Shown: piece by piece, positions 8,397-17,495 of the stretch
Layout of the letters: each line of letters begins with the position of its first letter
Position numbering within the stretch: position 1 is the stretch's first letter
Assembly (NCBI RefSeq): GCF_000014785.1
Contig: NC_008340.1
Coordinates: forward strand, 570,001 to 602,000
Direction: 5' to 3'
Source of the DNA: Alkalilimnicola ehrlichii MLHE-1
GTDB taxonomy: Bacteria; Pseudomonadota; Gammaproteobacteria; Nitrococcales; Halorhodospiraceae
Length of the DNA: 32,000 bases
The notes under the pieces: model-generated
The model's database searches: none
Told to the model about the DNA's origin: nothing
What the model saw: only the letters and a program-made list of their open reading frames with translations
Position numbers and translations under genes: made by a program

Positions 8397-11300
8397 GGCG
8401 GGCATTGCGCATCCTGTTCTGGGGCCTGCTCGGGCTGATGGTGATCCTGGCCGGGACAGCGGCCTGGCTGGTGGGTACCACCTCCGGGGCGCGTACGGCG
8501 GCGGATCTGGCCCAGCGGGTCGAGCCGCGCCTGACCCTGGAGGTGACCGGCGGCAGCCTCTGGCGGGGGCTGGAGCTGGCGGATTCCGGCTGGCGCGATG
8601 GCGACTTGGTGGTCACGGCTGGCCGAGTGGTGACCCGCTGGGACCCCGCCTGTTTGACCGATCGGGCCTTCTGCCTCAGTCGGGCGCAGGTCCATGATCT
8701 GGACGCGCGGATCCCGGAGGCCGCGCCCGAGGAGCCCGGGCCCGAGCCGCCACCGGCCGAGGCCCTCATGGGGCGGCTGGATCTGCCCATCGACCTCCGG
8801 CTGGCGGGGGTGGAACTGCGCGGCGCACGGTTGCGGGTGGCCGGTCAGGACATCGCTCTGGACTTCCTGGGCCTGGAGGGTGCGCTGGAGGGCGACGTGC
8901 TTACCCTGGTGCGCACTGAGCTGCGGGGCCTGCAGATCCGGTTGCCGGAGGCCGAGCCAGCGGTCGACGGTGACGCCGAACCGGACACGGCGGCAGGCAC
9001 GGCTCTGGCCGATTTCCAGTACACGCCGCCGGTACTGCCCGAGGTGCATCTGCCGCTGGACGTCCACCTGCACGTCTTTCGCTTGCGCGAGGGTGCGCTG
9101 TGGCTGCCCGGTGCCGACGAGTCGCTGCCCCTGCCCGATGTGGACCTCACCGCCAGCCTGGAGGGCCAGCAACTGGGGTTGGCGCGGCTGGACCTGAGTC
9201 ACCCCTACGGCGATCTGCGCAGCCAGGGCCGGCTGGAACTGGCCGGCGACTGGCCGCTGGCCCTGCAACTGTCCCTGTCCGGGGGGGAGGGTTTGGCACC
9301 GCTTCTGCCGCTGGCGCTGCCCGACACCCCGCAACTGGACCTGGAGCTGGCCGGGACGCTGCAGACAGGGCTGACCTTTGCCCTGGCCGCGGCGACCGGT
9401 GATCAGTCGCTGACCTTGGACGGGGAGGTGGCGCCGCTGGATGCCCGGCTGCCGGTCGAGCTGCAGGCCCGCTGGTCGCATTTGGGCTGGCCGCTGGATG
9501 ATCCCGAGGGCTACCGGGCCCGCGATGGCGAGCTCCGCCTGAGCGGGGATCTCGCCGGCTGGCGGGCGCACCTGCGCAGCGACCTGACCGGGCCGGATCT
9601 GCCGGCCGCCGGGCTCGACCTGCAGGCCCACGGCGATCTCACCTGGGCCCGGGTCGAGGCGCTGACCCTGGAACTGCTGGAGGGCAGCGCCGAACTCGCG
9701 GGGGTGGTGGACTGGTCCGGGCCGCCGCAGTGGGACCTCGGGCTGACCCTGCGGGGGTTGAACCCGGGTGGGTTCTGGGACGGGGCCCCGGAGCGGGTGG
9801 ACGGTCGGCTGGAGAGTGCCGGCCGGCTGACCCCGGAGGGCCCCGAGCTGCGGCTGTCGATTCCCGGCGTCAATGCCCGGGTGCAGGACTATGCCCTGGC
9901 GCTGGACGGGGCCGTGGACCTGGATGCCGCCGGTCATCTGCGCTTCGACGAACTCAACCTGTCGGTGGACGGTCAGACCGGCCTGTCGGTGGCCGGCGCG
10001 CTGGCTGAGGAGTGGGATCTGGTCGGCACTCTCCGCCTGCCCGACCTGGCGGTCCTGGGGGTGCCGGAGCTGGCCGGCGCCCTGGAGGGCGATTTTCAAG
10101 TGGGTGGTGCGCGGGAGCGGCCCGACCTGCAGCTGGAGTTGGCCGGGCGCGATCTGCGCGGACCCGGCGGGTTGGTCCTCGGGCGGTTGGCGCTCTCCGC
10201 CCGGATCCCCGCCCTGGGGGAGGCGGACAGCCGGATCCGACTGCGGCTCGACGATCTGGCCGCCGGCCCCGAGCACCTGAACGAGGTGGTGGTGGAGGTC
10301 ACCGGCCGGGAGGAGGACCATCGGGCCACCCTGGTCGCCGGCGGCCGCGGTGGGCTGGAGGTGGACCTGGCCCTGGCGGGGGCCTTCGACCGGGCCAGCG
10401 GTGACTGGCAGGGGACGCTGGCTCATGCCCGGCTCATGGCCCCGCGCTACGGCCATCGCCTGGCCCTGGAGCAACCGCTGCCCCTGGCCTGGGGAAGCGA
10501 TCCGGGTGCCCTGCGCGTGGACGCCCACTGCTGGACGGTCAATGAGCAAGGCCGGCTGTGTGTGGACGAACCGGCCGTCGCCGCCGCCAGCGGCGAGCTG
10601 ATCTTCAGTCTCAGCGACTATGACCTGCAGGCGGGCCTGCGGCCCTGGTTGCCCGAGGACCTGTCGCTGCGCGCCGCCCTGGGGGCCGAGGGCCGGGTCA
10701 CTTGGGGCGAGGCCCTGGTCGCAGAACTCGCCTTGGTCAGCGAGGACGGTACCCTGCGCATCCGGCTGGATGACGAGGACGACGAGCAGGACCACGAGGA
10801 GCTGCGTTACGAGTCGCTCACCGCCCGGCTGGACTACACCGAGACCCGCACCGAGCTGGCCGTGGACCTGAGCTCGGCCCAGCTCGGCGATGCCCGGCTG
10901 CGTCTGGTCACCGATCCCAGGCCCGGGGCGCGCGGGCTGGACGGCGAGCTGGTGCTCGAGGACCTGGGGGTATCGGTGGCCCGGGCCTTTGTCCCGCAGC
11001 TTAACCGCCTGGAGGGTGTGCTGCGGGCCCAAGCCGACATCGGCGGTGACTGGACGGCGCCGGACATCCGCGGTCAGATCACCCTGGAGGACGGTCTGGC
11101 CGACGGCCCAGAGCTGCCGGTGACCCTCAGCGATATTCAGTTCACCGTGGATGTGGCCGGGGCCCAGGCGGACTACGCGGGGACGTTCCGGGCCGGTGCC
11201 GGCCGTGGTGAACTGCGGGGCCGGGTCCTCTGGGGCGGCGAGGCCTGGCAGGTGTTCGCCAACCTGGACGGCGAGGCGCTGGAGGTCTTTCTGCCACCCG

Positions 11301-12244
11301 GGCTCGATCTCGAGGTCTGGCCCGCGTTGCGTGCCGTGGTCCGGCCCAATCACATCCTCCTGCGCGGGCGGGTGGATGTGCCCCGGGGCACGATCGAGAT
11401 CCAGGACCTGCCCCAGCAGGCCGTCGGCCTCTCCCCGGACGTGGTGGTGGTGGAGCGCACCGAGGACATGCTGGTGGTGGACGAGGAGGCACTGGTGGGC
11501 TGGGACCTGGACGTGGACGTTGAGCTGCGGCTGGGTGCGGAGTCGCTGACGCTGACCGCCTTCGGCCTCACCGGTGCCCTGGAGGGCAATATGCGGGTGC
11601 GCCTGCGCGACGACGATGTGGCGGAGGGCGTTGGCGAGATCCGGGTGGTCGATGGCCGCTACCGGGCCTACGGCCAGAACCTGCGCATCCGGCGCGGCAA
11701 CCTGCTGTTCGCTGGCCCGGTGGACCAGCCGCAACTGGAGATCGAGGCGGTGCGTGACGTGCCCCGCTACGACGTGGTGGCCGGGATCCGGGTGGAGGGC
11801 CGCGCCGACGACCCCCGCGCCAGCCTCTTCTCCGAACCGGCCATGCCCGACGACGAGGCGCTCTCCTACCTGATCCGCGGCCGGCCGCTGAGTGCTGAGG
11901 GGGACGGTGCCGAGGCGATGATGGCTTCGGCTGCCCTGGGGCTGGGGGTGCGGGGTGCCTCCGGCATCGTCGGCGGGCTGGGCCAGGCCCTGGGCGTAGA
12001 GGACCTGGAGGTGGAGGCCGTGGGTGAGGGGGACGAGGCCCAGGTGGTGATCGGTGGCTACCTGAACCCCCGGCTCTATCTCAGCTACGGGGTGGGGGTG
12101 TTCAACCCCGAGAACACCCTCACCCTGCGTTACCAATTGGCGCGGCAGCTCTTCCTGGAGGCGGTCAGCGGGGTGGAGAACGCCCTGGACCTGATGTACC
12201 GGTTCGAGTTCGGCGGCCGCGGCGAGCCGGACCGGGAGGAGTGA
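8393..12244 (+). CDS. tamB: Translocation and assembly module protein TamB
   Basis: 1283-aa protein, overlaps the tamA stop (ATGA). N-terminal TM anchor, DUF490-type C-terminus DDEALSYLIRGRPLSAEGDGAEAMMASAALGLGVRGASGIVGGLGQALG...VIGGYLNPRLYLSYGVGVFNPENTLTLRYQLARQLFLEAVSG. Confidence 0.92.
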   Translation: MRRALRILFWGLLGLMVILAGTAAWLVGTTSGARTAADLAQRVEPRLTLEVTGGSLWRGLELADSGWRDGDLVVTAGRVVTRWDPACLTDRAFCLSRAQVHDLDARIPEAAPEEPGPEPPPAEALMGRLDLPIDLRLAGVELRGARLRVAGQDIALDFLGLEGALEGDVLTLVRTELRGLQIRLPEAEPAVDGDAEPDTAAGTALADFQYTPPVLPEVHLPLDVHLHVFRLREGALWLPGADESLPLPDVDLTASLEGQQLGLARLDLSHPYGDLRSQGRLELAGDWPLALQLSLSGGEGLAPLLPLALPDTPQLDLELAGTLQTGLTFALAAATGDQSLTLDGEVAPLDARLPVELQARWSHLGWPLDDPEGYRARDGELRLSGDLAGWRAHLRSDLTGPDLPAAGLDLQAHGDLTWARVEALTLELLEGSAELAGVVDWSGPPQWDLGLTLRGLNPGGFWDGAPERVDGRLESAGRLTPEGPELRLSIPGVNARVQDYALALDGAVDLDAAGHLRFDELNLSVDGQTGLSVAGALAEEWDLVGTLRLPDLAVLGVPELAGALEGDFQVGGARERPDLQLELAGRDLRGPGGLVLGRLALSARIPALGEADSRIRLRLDDLAAGPEHLNEVVVEVTGREEDHRATLVAGGRGGLEVDLALAGAFDRASGDWQGTLAHARLMAPRYGHRLALEQPLPLAWGSDPGALRVDAHCWTVNEQGRLCVDEPAVAAASGELIFSLSDYDLQAGLRPWLPEDLSLRAALGAEGRVTWGEALVAELALVSEDGTLRIRLDDEDDEQDHEELRYESLTARLDYTETRTELAVDLSSAQLGDARLRLVTDPRPGARGLDGELVLEDLGVSVARAFVPQLNRLEGVLRAQADIGGDWTAPDIRGQITLEDGLADGPELPVTLSDIQFTVDVAGAQADYAGTFRAGAGRGELRGRVLWGGEAWQVFANLDGEALEVFLPPGLDLEVWPALRAVVRPNHILLRGRVDVPRGTIEIQDLPQQAVGLSPDVVVVERTEDMLVVDEEALVGWDLDVDVELRLGAESLTLTAFGLTGALEGNMRVRLRDDDVAEGVGEIRVVDGRYRAYGQNLRIRRGNLLFAGPVDQPQLEIEAVRDVPRYDVVAGIRVEGRADDPRASLFSEPAMPDDEALSYLIRGRPLSAEGDGAEAMMASAALGLGVRGASGIVGGLGQALGVEDLEVEAVGEGDEAQVVIGGYLNPRLYLSYGVGVFNPENTLTLRYQLARQLFLEAVSGVENALDLMYRFEFGGRGEPDREE

Positions 12245-12265
12245 GTCCGGCCTGCACCCGGGCCC

Positions 12266-13117
12266 TCAGGGGGCCGGCGGCTCCGGGCAGCGGCGCACGA
12301 AGCTATAGCCGCTGCGGTAGTCCGGGTAGAGGAAGCGAAACCCCGAGGCCAGCAGGAAGCTGTTGCTCAGCCGCTTGCCGGTGACCGGGGCGTCGCTGTC
12401 GGCCCGCGGCGGGCGGTCGGCCCCCACGCGGTCGGCCAGCCAGTCCAGCACCTCGCACTGGCGCACCGGCTCGCAATCGGTGGCGATGTAGGTGGTCGCC
12501 TCCACATCCCGCAGCCGCAGGTGCGCCAGCGCCCGCACACAGTCTTCATGGTGAATCCGGTTGGTCCAGTGGTTCGGGCGGCAGGGCCGGCCCTCACGGG
12601 CCAGGCGCACCAGGTACTCCCGCCCGGGGCCGTAGATGCCGGAAAAACGCACCACGGTGGTCTCCAGGCCGCTCTCCCGGGCCAGTTGCTCTGAGGCCAG
12701 CAGCGCCTCCGCGCGCCGGGTGGCCGGCGTCGGTTCGGTCCATTCGTCCACCCAGCGGCCGTCGTCGTGGCCGTAGACCGAGGTGCTGGAGACGAAGATC
12801 AGCCGGCGCGGCTGGGCACCCGCCCGCTCCAGTCCGTGCAGCAGGCCCAACAGCCCGTCGTGGTAGGCGCGCCAGTAGCCGTCATCGCTGTACTCGTCGG
12901 GGGTGAGGATGCAGTAGACCAGGCCGATGTCGGCCGGTAGCTTCGCCAATGTCTCCGGGCGTTGTAGATCCGCGGCCAGCGGCTCCAGCGGCGGTGGGAT
13001 GGCGTCGGCCCGCCGGCGCAGCCCGGTGACCCGATGGCCCGCCTCGGCCAACTGCTGCCCCAGGGCGGTGCCCAACTGCCCACAGCCGGCGATGAGTACG
13101 TGCTCGTTGCTCTGCAT
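12266..13117 (-). CDS. SDR/NAD-dependent epimerase family protein
   Basis: VLIAGCGQLGTALGQQLAEAGHRVTGLRRR (Rossmann), LIFVSSTSVYGHDDG, VVRFSGIYGPGREYL, NRIHHEDCVRAL. Start MQSNEH at 13117 with GAGGAGAG upstream. Confidence 0.85.
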   Translation of the reverse strand: MQSNEHVLIAGCGQLGTALGQQLAEAGHRVTGLRRRADAIPPPLEPLAADLQRPETLAKLPADIGLVYCILTPDEYSDDGYWRAYHDGLLGLLHGLERAGAQPRRLIFVSSTSVYGHDDGRWVDEWTEPTPATRRAEALLASEQLARESGLETTVVRFSGIYGPGREYLVRLAREGRPCRPNHWTNRIHHEDCVRALAHLRLRDVEATTYIATDCEPVRQCEVLDWLADRVGADRPPRADSDAPVTGKRLSNSFLLASGFRFLYPDYRSGYSFVRRCPEPPAP

Positions 13118-13213
13118 GGCCCTCTCTCTCCTCACGGATCACCCGTCCTGGTCCGGCGGGCACTGGGTGTATAGTAGCGTCCCCCAAATCACTCAAGCGA
13201 TCAAACCGGAGCC

Positions 13214-13876
13214 ATGACTGCACGACGCCTGCACCGTATGCGCCAGACCCTGGAGCGCCGCCAGCCCGACCTGCAGGTCCTGCTGGACCAGGTCCACAAG
13301 CCGCACAATCTCTCCGCCATCCTGCGTACCTGCGATGCGGTGGGCGTGCCCCGGGCACATGCGGTCTCCCGGCACCAGGACTTCACGGTGCACCGCGCCG
13401 CCTCGTCGGGCACCGGCCAGTGGGTGGCGGTGGAGACCCACGCCGATTTGCCCGCCGCCGTCCGTGCCGTGCAGGGACAGGGCATGAAGGTTTACGCCGC
13501 CCACCTGTCAGAGCAGGCGGTGGACTACCGCCAGGTGGATTACACCAAACCGTGCTGCCTGCTGCTGGGGGCGGAGAAGGAGGGCGTCAGCGAGGAGGGT
13601 GCCGCGCTGGCCGACGGGCATGTGATCATCCCCATGTTCGGGCTGGGGGCGTCACTGAACGTCTCGGTGGCGGCGGCCGTGATCCTGTTCGAGGCCCAGC
13701 GCCAGCGCCTGGCGGCCGGGCAATACGAGACCCCACGGATGGCGGAGGCGGAGATCACCCGCACCCTGGTGGAGTGGCTGCACCCGAGGATCGCCGAACG
13801 CTGCCGCAAAGAGGGCCGGCCCTACCCCGCGCTGGACGAGGACGGCGGCGTGATCTGGACACACGCCCCGTCCTAA
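13214..13876 (+). CDS. trmH: tRNA (guanosine-2'-O)-methyltransferase TrmH (SpoU family)
   Basis: VHKPHNLSAILRTCDAVGV, CCLLLGAEKEGVSEEG, HVIIPMFGLGASLNVSVAAAVILFEAQRQR. Confidence 0.9.
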   Translation: MTARRLHRMRQTLERRQPDLQVLLDQVHKPHNLSAILRTCDAVGVPRAHAVSRHQDFTVHRAASSGTGQWVAVETHADLPAAVRAVQGQGMKVYAAHLSEQAVDYRQVDYTKPCCLLLGAEKEGVSEEGAALADGHVIIPMFGLGASLNVSVAAAVILFEAQRQRLAAGQYETPRMAEAEITRTLVEWLHPRIAERCRKEGRPYPALDEDGGVIWTHAPS

Positions 13877-13946
13877 ACACCAGACTTCCACCCCCGCCAC
13901 CCGGAGACCCACCCCCCGTCATCGCGAGGGCCGCCACCTACTCCCC

Positions 13947-14456
13947 GTCATCGCGAGGGCCGAAGGCCCGTGGCGATCCAGGGCGGTAGACTGCCACGTC
14001 GGCTTCGCCTCCTCGCAGTGACGGTGGGGGCGACTTTCCGCTTCCGGCACAGTCAAGTTCTTCAAGAGGGCTAGCCAGCCCCTCCCCGTCATCGCGAGGG
14101 CCGCAGGCCCGTGGCGATCCAGGGCGGTGGACTGCCACGTCGGCTTCGCCTCCTCGCAGTGACGGTGGGGGCGACTTTCCGCTTCCGGCACAGTCAAGTT
14201 CTTCAAGAGGGCTAGCCAGCCCCTCCCCGTCATCGCGAGGGCCGAAGGCCCGTGGCGATCCAGAGGGGTAGACTGCCACGTCGGCTTCGCCTCCTCGCAG
14301 TGACGGTGGGGGCGACTTTCCGCTTCCGGCATAGTCAAGTTCTTCAAGAGGGCTAGCCAGCCCCTCCCCGTCATCGCGAGGGCCGAAGGCCCGTGGCGAT
14401 CCAGAGGGGTAGACTGCCGCGTCGGCTTCGCCTCACTCGCAGTGACGGTGGGGAAT
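13947..14456. repeat. Tandem array of 141-bp repeats, 3 full copies plus a partial fourth, each containing a ~76-bp imperfect palindrome
   Basis: Unit begins GTCATCGCGAGGGCC at 13947, 14088, 14229 and 14370 (exact 141-bp spacing), nearly identical. A seed copy of the first ~15 bp occurs at 13918. Confidence 0.95.
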
Positions 14457-14578
14457 GGCCCGCGCTCGCAGTGACGGTGGGGGTGGGTCCGCGTTCGCAG
14501 TGAGGCTAGGGGGCGTCCGCAGCGTCTGGCCAAGTTCATCAAGAGGAGCGAAGCGATGCGGCGATTCACCCGTCGGTG

Positions 14579-14962
14579 TCAGTCGGTGAGCAGGTTGGAC
14601 TTCTCCAGGTACTCCGGGGCGTTCTCCCGGATCCGGGCCTCGTCGTAGTGCTCCGAGCCCAGGTGGATCTCCTCCAGTAGCCAGGCCAACCGTTCCGTCT
14701 CTTCCTGGATCCTCTCCAGGGCGTTTTCCAGGGTGTAGGTCAGCTCGTGGATGGCCACCATGTCCTCGGTGCTGAGGGTATCCGCGCTCAGCACCTCGGT
14801 CAGGCGCTGGTTGTACTCCGCGTAGTTCTCCAGCGCCTGCTCCAGCGTGTCGGCCTCCAGGCCTTTGAAATGGTCGGCCCGGTCGGGCTCGTCGGCCAGT
14901 AGGGGGGCTCCGGACAGTAAGCCGGCAAGCAGCAGGGGCAGGAGGGTGAATCGAGTCTTCAT
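14579..14962 (-). CDS. Small predicted periplasmic protein (possibly DUF6746-like)
   Basis: MKTRFTLLPLLLAGLLSGAPLLADEPDRADHFKGLEADTLEQALENYAEYNQRLTEVLSADTLSTEDMVAIHELTYTLENALERIQEE; signal peptide and AGGAAG Shine-Dalgarno. Family assignment is from memory only. Confidence 0.7.
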   Translation of the reverse strand: MKTRFTLLPLLLAGLLSGAPLLADEPDRADHFKGLEADTLEQALENYAEYNQRLTEVLSADTLSTEDMVAIHELTYTLENALERIQEETERLAWLLEEIHLGSEHYDEARIRENAPEYLEKSNLLTD

Positions 14963-15107
14963 GATGTTCGCTTCCTTATGGGTTGGGATGGGCTGCCACA
15001 CGTCAGAGCGTAGTGACAATCATTCGTATTGACAATGGGCCGTGACCGGGTGCGACTTGTTGCCGCAGGGACGAGGGGGTGGCAGTAATCCCACCCGGCG
15101 CCGCGGC

Positions 15108-15692
15108 TCAGTCGAAGCGGTAGTGGCGCTTCAGGGCGCGGTAGACGCGCTCCGGGTACCAAGTCTGCCCCAGGCTTCCATTGTAGCGGGCCAGCGCACG
15201 GGTGGTGTTGCCGTTCTCGATGGCCAGGTAGTGGGCGAGGATGGTGGTGCCGAACCGGAGGTTGGTGCCCAGGTCGAACAGGTTGTCGCCGTCATGGCCG
15301 ATCTCGTCCAGCCAAAAGGGCATGATCTGCATAATCCCGCGGGCACCGGCGGTGGAGACCGCGAAGCGGTTGAAGTTGCTCTCCACGTGGATGACCGCCA
15401 GGACCAACTGGGGGTCGAGCCCGGCCCGGGTGGCCTCGGCGTGCACCTTGCGCAGCAATCGGATGCGCTGGTCCGGGTCCGGCACCCGGTCCTCGATCCG
15501 CGCGGACATGGCCACCAGCCAGACTTGCGCCACGTAGCGGTTGTCAAAGCTATCGCCCTCTTCCATGGCCTCTTGCAGCGCGGCCCGAAGGGCCGGGTCG
15601 GGCGCCTGACCCTGCGCGCCGGTGGCCTGCGCTGCCGGTGCCGGCCCGACGGCCAGGCCGGCCAGCAGCAACAGTGTCAGCAGCCAGCGCAT
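15108..15692 (-). CDS. Lytic transglycosylase domain protein (SLT family)
   Basis: Signal peptide, VLAVIHVESNFNRFAVSTAGARGIMQIMPFWLDEIG, NLRFGTTILAHYLAIENGNTTRALARYNGSLG. Confidence 0.9.
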   Translation of the reverse strand: MRWLLTLLLLAGLAVGPAPAAQATGAQGQAPDPALRAALQEAMEEGDSFDNRYVAQVWLVAMSARIEDRVPDPDQRIRLLRKVHAEATRAGLDPQLVLAVIHVESNFNRFAVSTAGARGIMQIMPFWLDEIGHDGDNLFDLGTNLRFGTTILAHYLAIENGNTTRALARYNGSLGQTWYPERVYRALKRHYRFD

Positions 15693-15705
15693 GGGCCCGG
15701 GGCGG

Positions 15706-17412
15706 TCAGCCCAGGCGTTCCCGCAGGAAGGCGCTCAGCTCCGCCAGCGGCACATCGGTGCTCTCGCTGTCCCGCCGGCCCCGGTACTCCACCACCCCGT
15801 TTTTCAGCCCCCGGTCACCGATCACCAGCCGGTGGGGGATGCCGATCAGTTCCATGTCGGCGAACTTCACCCCCGGGCGGGCGTCGCGGTCATCGAAAAA
15901 GACCTCCACGCCCTCCGCCTGCAGCTCGGCGTAGAGCTTTTCGGCCTGCTCGGTCACCGCCTCGGAACGGTTCATGCCGATGGGCACCAGGGCCAGTTGG
16001 AAGGGGGCGATAGGCGCGGGCCAGATGATGCCGTTGTCGTCGTGGTTCTGCTCGATGGCGGCGGCCACCACGCGGGAGACGCCGATGCCGTAGCAGCCCA
16101 TGGTCACGGTCTGGGCGTCGCCGGCCTCGTTCAGCACCGTGGCCTTCATCTTCTCGCTGTACTCCCGGCCCAATTGGAAGATATGGCCCACCTCGATGCC
16201 GCGGGCGATCTCCAGGGTGCCCCGGCCGTCGGGGCTCGGGTCGCCGGCCACCACCTCGCGCAGGTCGGCCACCTCGGGCAGGGCCACATCGCGGCCCCAG
16301 TTGATACCGAAATAGTGCGCGTCGTCCTGGTTGGCGCCGGCGGCGAAGTCGCTCATCACTGCCACGCTGCGGTCGACCACGCAGGGCAGGGGCAGTTCCA
16401 CCGGGCCCAGCGAGCCGGGGCCGGCGCCCACCGCGGCGCGGATCTCCTCCTCGCCGGCCATCACCAGCGGCTCGGCCACCTGGGGCAGGGTCGTGGCCTT
16501 GACGTCGTTCAGGCTGTGGTCGCCGCGTACCAGCAGGGCCACCAGGCCACCGTCGGCGCCGTGCACCACCAGGGTCTTGACGGTCTTCTCGATGGGCAGG
16601 CCGTAGTCTCGGACCAGGTCGTCGATGGTGCGTGCCCCGGGGGTGTCCACCCGGCGCATGGTCTCGGCCGGTGGCGGGGCCTCGCCGGCCGGGGCCACCG
16701 CCTCGGCCAGCTCCACGTTGGCGGCGTAGTCGCTCTCATCGGAGAAGGCCACCGCGTCCTCACCGGACTCGGCCAGCACGTGGAACTCGTGGGAGACGCT
16801 GCCGCCGATGTTGCCCGAGTCGGCCGCCACCGCGCGGAAGACCAGGCCGGTGCGCTCGAAGATCCGGGTGTAGGTTTCGTACATCACCTGGTAGGTGCGC
16901 GCCAGGCAGTCGTCGTCCAGGTGGAAGGAGTAGGCGTCCTTCATCAGGAACTCGCGGGCGCGCATGACCCCGAAGCGGGGGCGGATCTCGTCGCGGAACT
17001 TGGTCTGGATCTGGTAGAGGTTGAGCGGCAGCTGGCGGTAGCTCTTCACCTCCCGGCGCACGTAGTCGGTGATCACCTCCTCGTGGGTGGGGCCGAAGCA
17101 GAAGTCGCGCTCGTGGCGGTCCTTCAGCCGCAGCAGCTCGGGGCCGTACTTGTCCCAGCGGGTGGACTCCTGCCAGAGCTCCGCCGGCTGCACCGCCGGC
17201 ATCAGCAGCTCGTGGGCGCCGGCGCGGTCCATCTCCTCGCGCACGATCTGCTCCACCTTGCGCAGCACCCGCAGCCCCAGCGGTGTCCAGGTGTACAGGC
17301 CGGCCGCCAGTTTGCGGATCATCCCGGCCCGGAGCATGAGCTGGTGGCTGACGATCTCGGCGTCGGCGGGGGTCTCCTTGCTGGTGGAGAGCGGAAACAG
17401 GCTGGCTCGCAT
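15706..17412 (-). CDS. proS: Prolyl-tRNA synthetase
   Basis: [83 protein letters not shown]...; 568 aa; [37 protein letters not shown]. Confidence 0.97.
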   Translation of the reverse strand: MRASLFPLSTSKETPADAEIVSHQLMLRAGMIRKLAAGLYTWTPLGLRVLRKVEQIVREEMDRAGAHELLMPAVQPAELWQESTRWDKYGPELLRLKDRHERDFCFGPTHEEVITDYVRREVKSYRQLPLNLYQIQTKFRDEIRPRFGVMRAREFLMKDAYSFHLDDDCLARTYQVMYETYTRIFERTGLVFRAVAADSGNIGGSVSHEFHVLAESGEDAVAFSDESDYAANVELAEAVAPAGEAPPPAETMRRVDTPGARTIDDLVRDYGLPIEKTVKTLVVHGADGGLVALLVRGDHSLNDVKATTLPQVAEPLVMAGEEEIRAAVGAGPGSLGPVELPLPCVVDRSVAVMSDFAAGANQDDAHYFGINWGRDVALPEVADLREVVAGDPSPDGRGTLEIARGIEVGHIFQLGREYSEKMKATVLNEAGDAQTVTMGCYGIGVSRVVAAAIEQNHDDNGIIWPAPIAPFQLALVPIGMNRSEAVTEQAEKLYAELQAEGVEVFFDDRDARPGVKFADMELIGIPHRLVIGDRGLKNGVVEYRGRRDSESTDVPLAELSAFLRERLG

Positions 17413-17495
17413 CGGCGCATATCCTTCTGATTGAAAACCTGGCTGGGAAGGATACAACAGCCACAGGCCGGGACGAACCCGCGGGGGACACCGGC

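Noticed and set aside
6486-8405. N-terminal ~640 aa of the 1162-aa minus-strand ORF (4917-8405)
   Set aside because: Antisense of tamA. The genuine GNAT/carbon-nitrogen hydrolase protein starts at 6485 (MSEQDN).
8186-12136. 1316-aa minus-strand ORF
   Set aside because: Entirely antisense to tamA/tamB. It is a high-GC open-frame artefact with Gln/Gly/Pro/His-rich low-complexity composition. tamB has convincing homology features.
13918-14500. Possible CRISPR array
   Set aside because: Repeats are 141 bp and contiguous with near-identical spacer parts. There are no unique 30-40 bp spacers and no cas genes nearby.
13919-14569. 216-aa minus-strand ORF with repeated peptide (SRPHRHCEEAKPTWQST...LDRHGPSALAMTGRGWLALLKNLT)
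   Set aside because: It is the readthrough of the 141-bp DNA repeat (141 = 47 codons, so the frame stays open). The peptide is typical of false translations of dispersed palindromic repeats, and the ORF has no domain or start signal of its own.
15622-17430. 602-aa plus-strand ORF
   Set aside because: Antisense to proS, with composition typical of shadow ORFs in GC-rich genomes.
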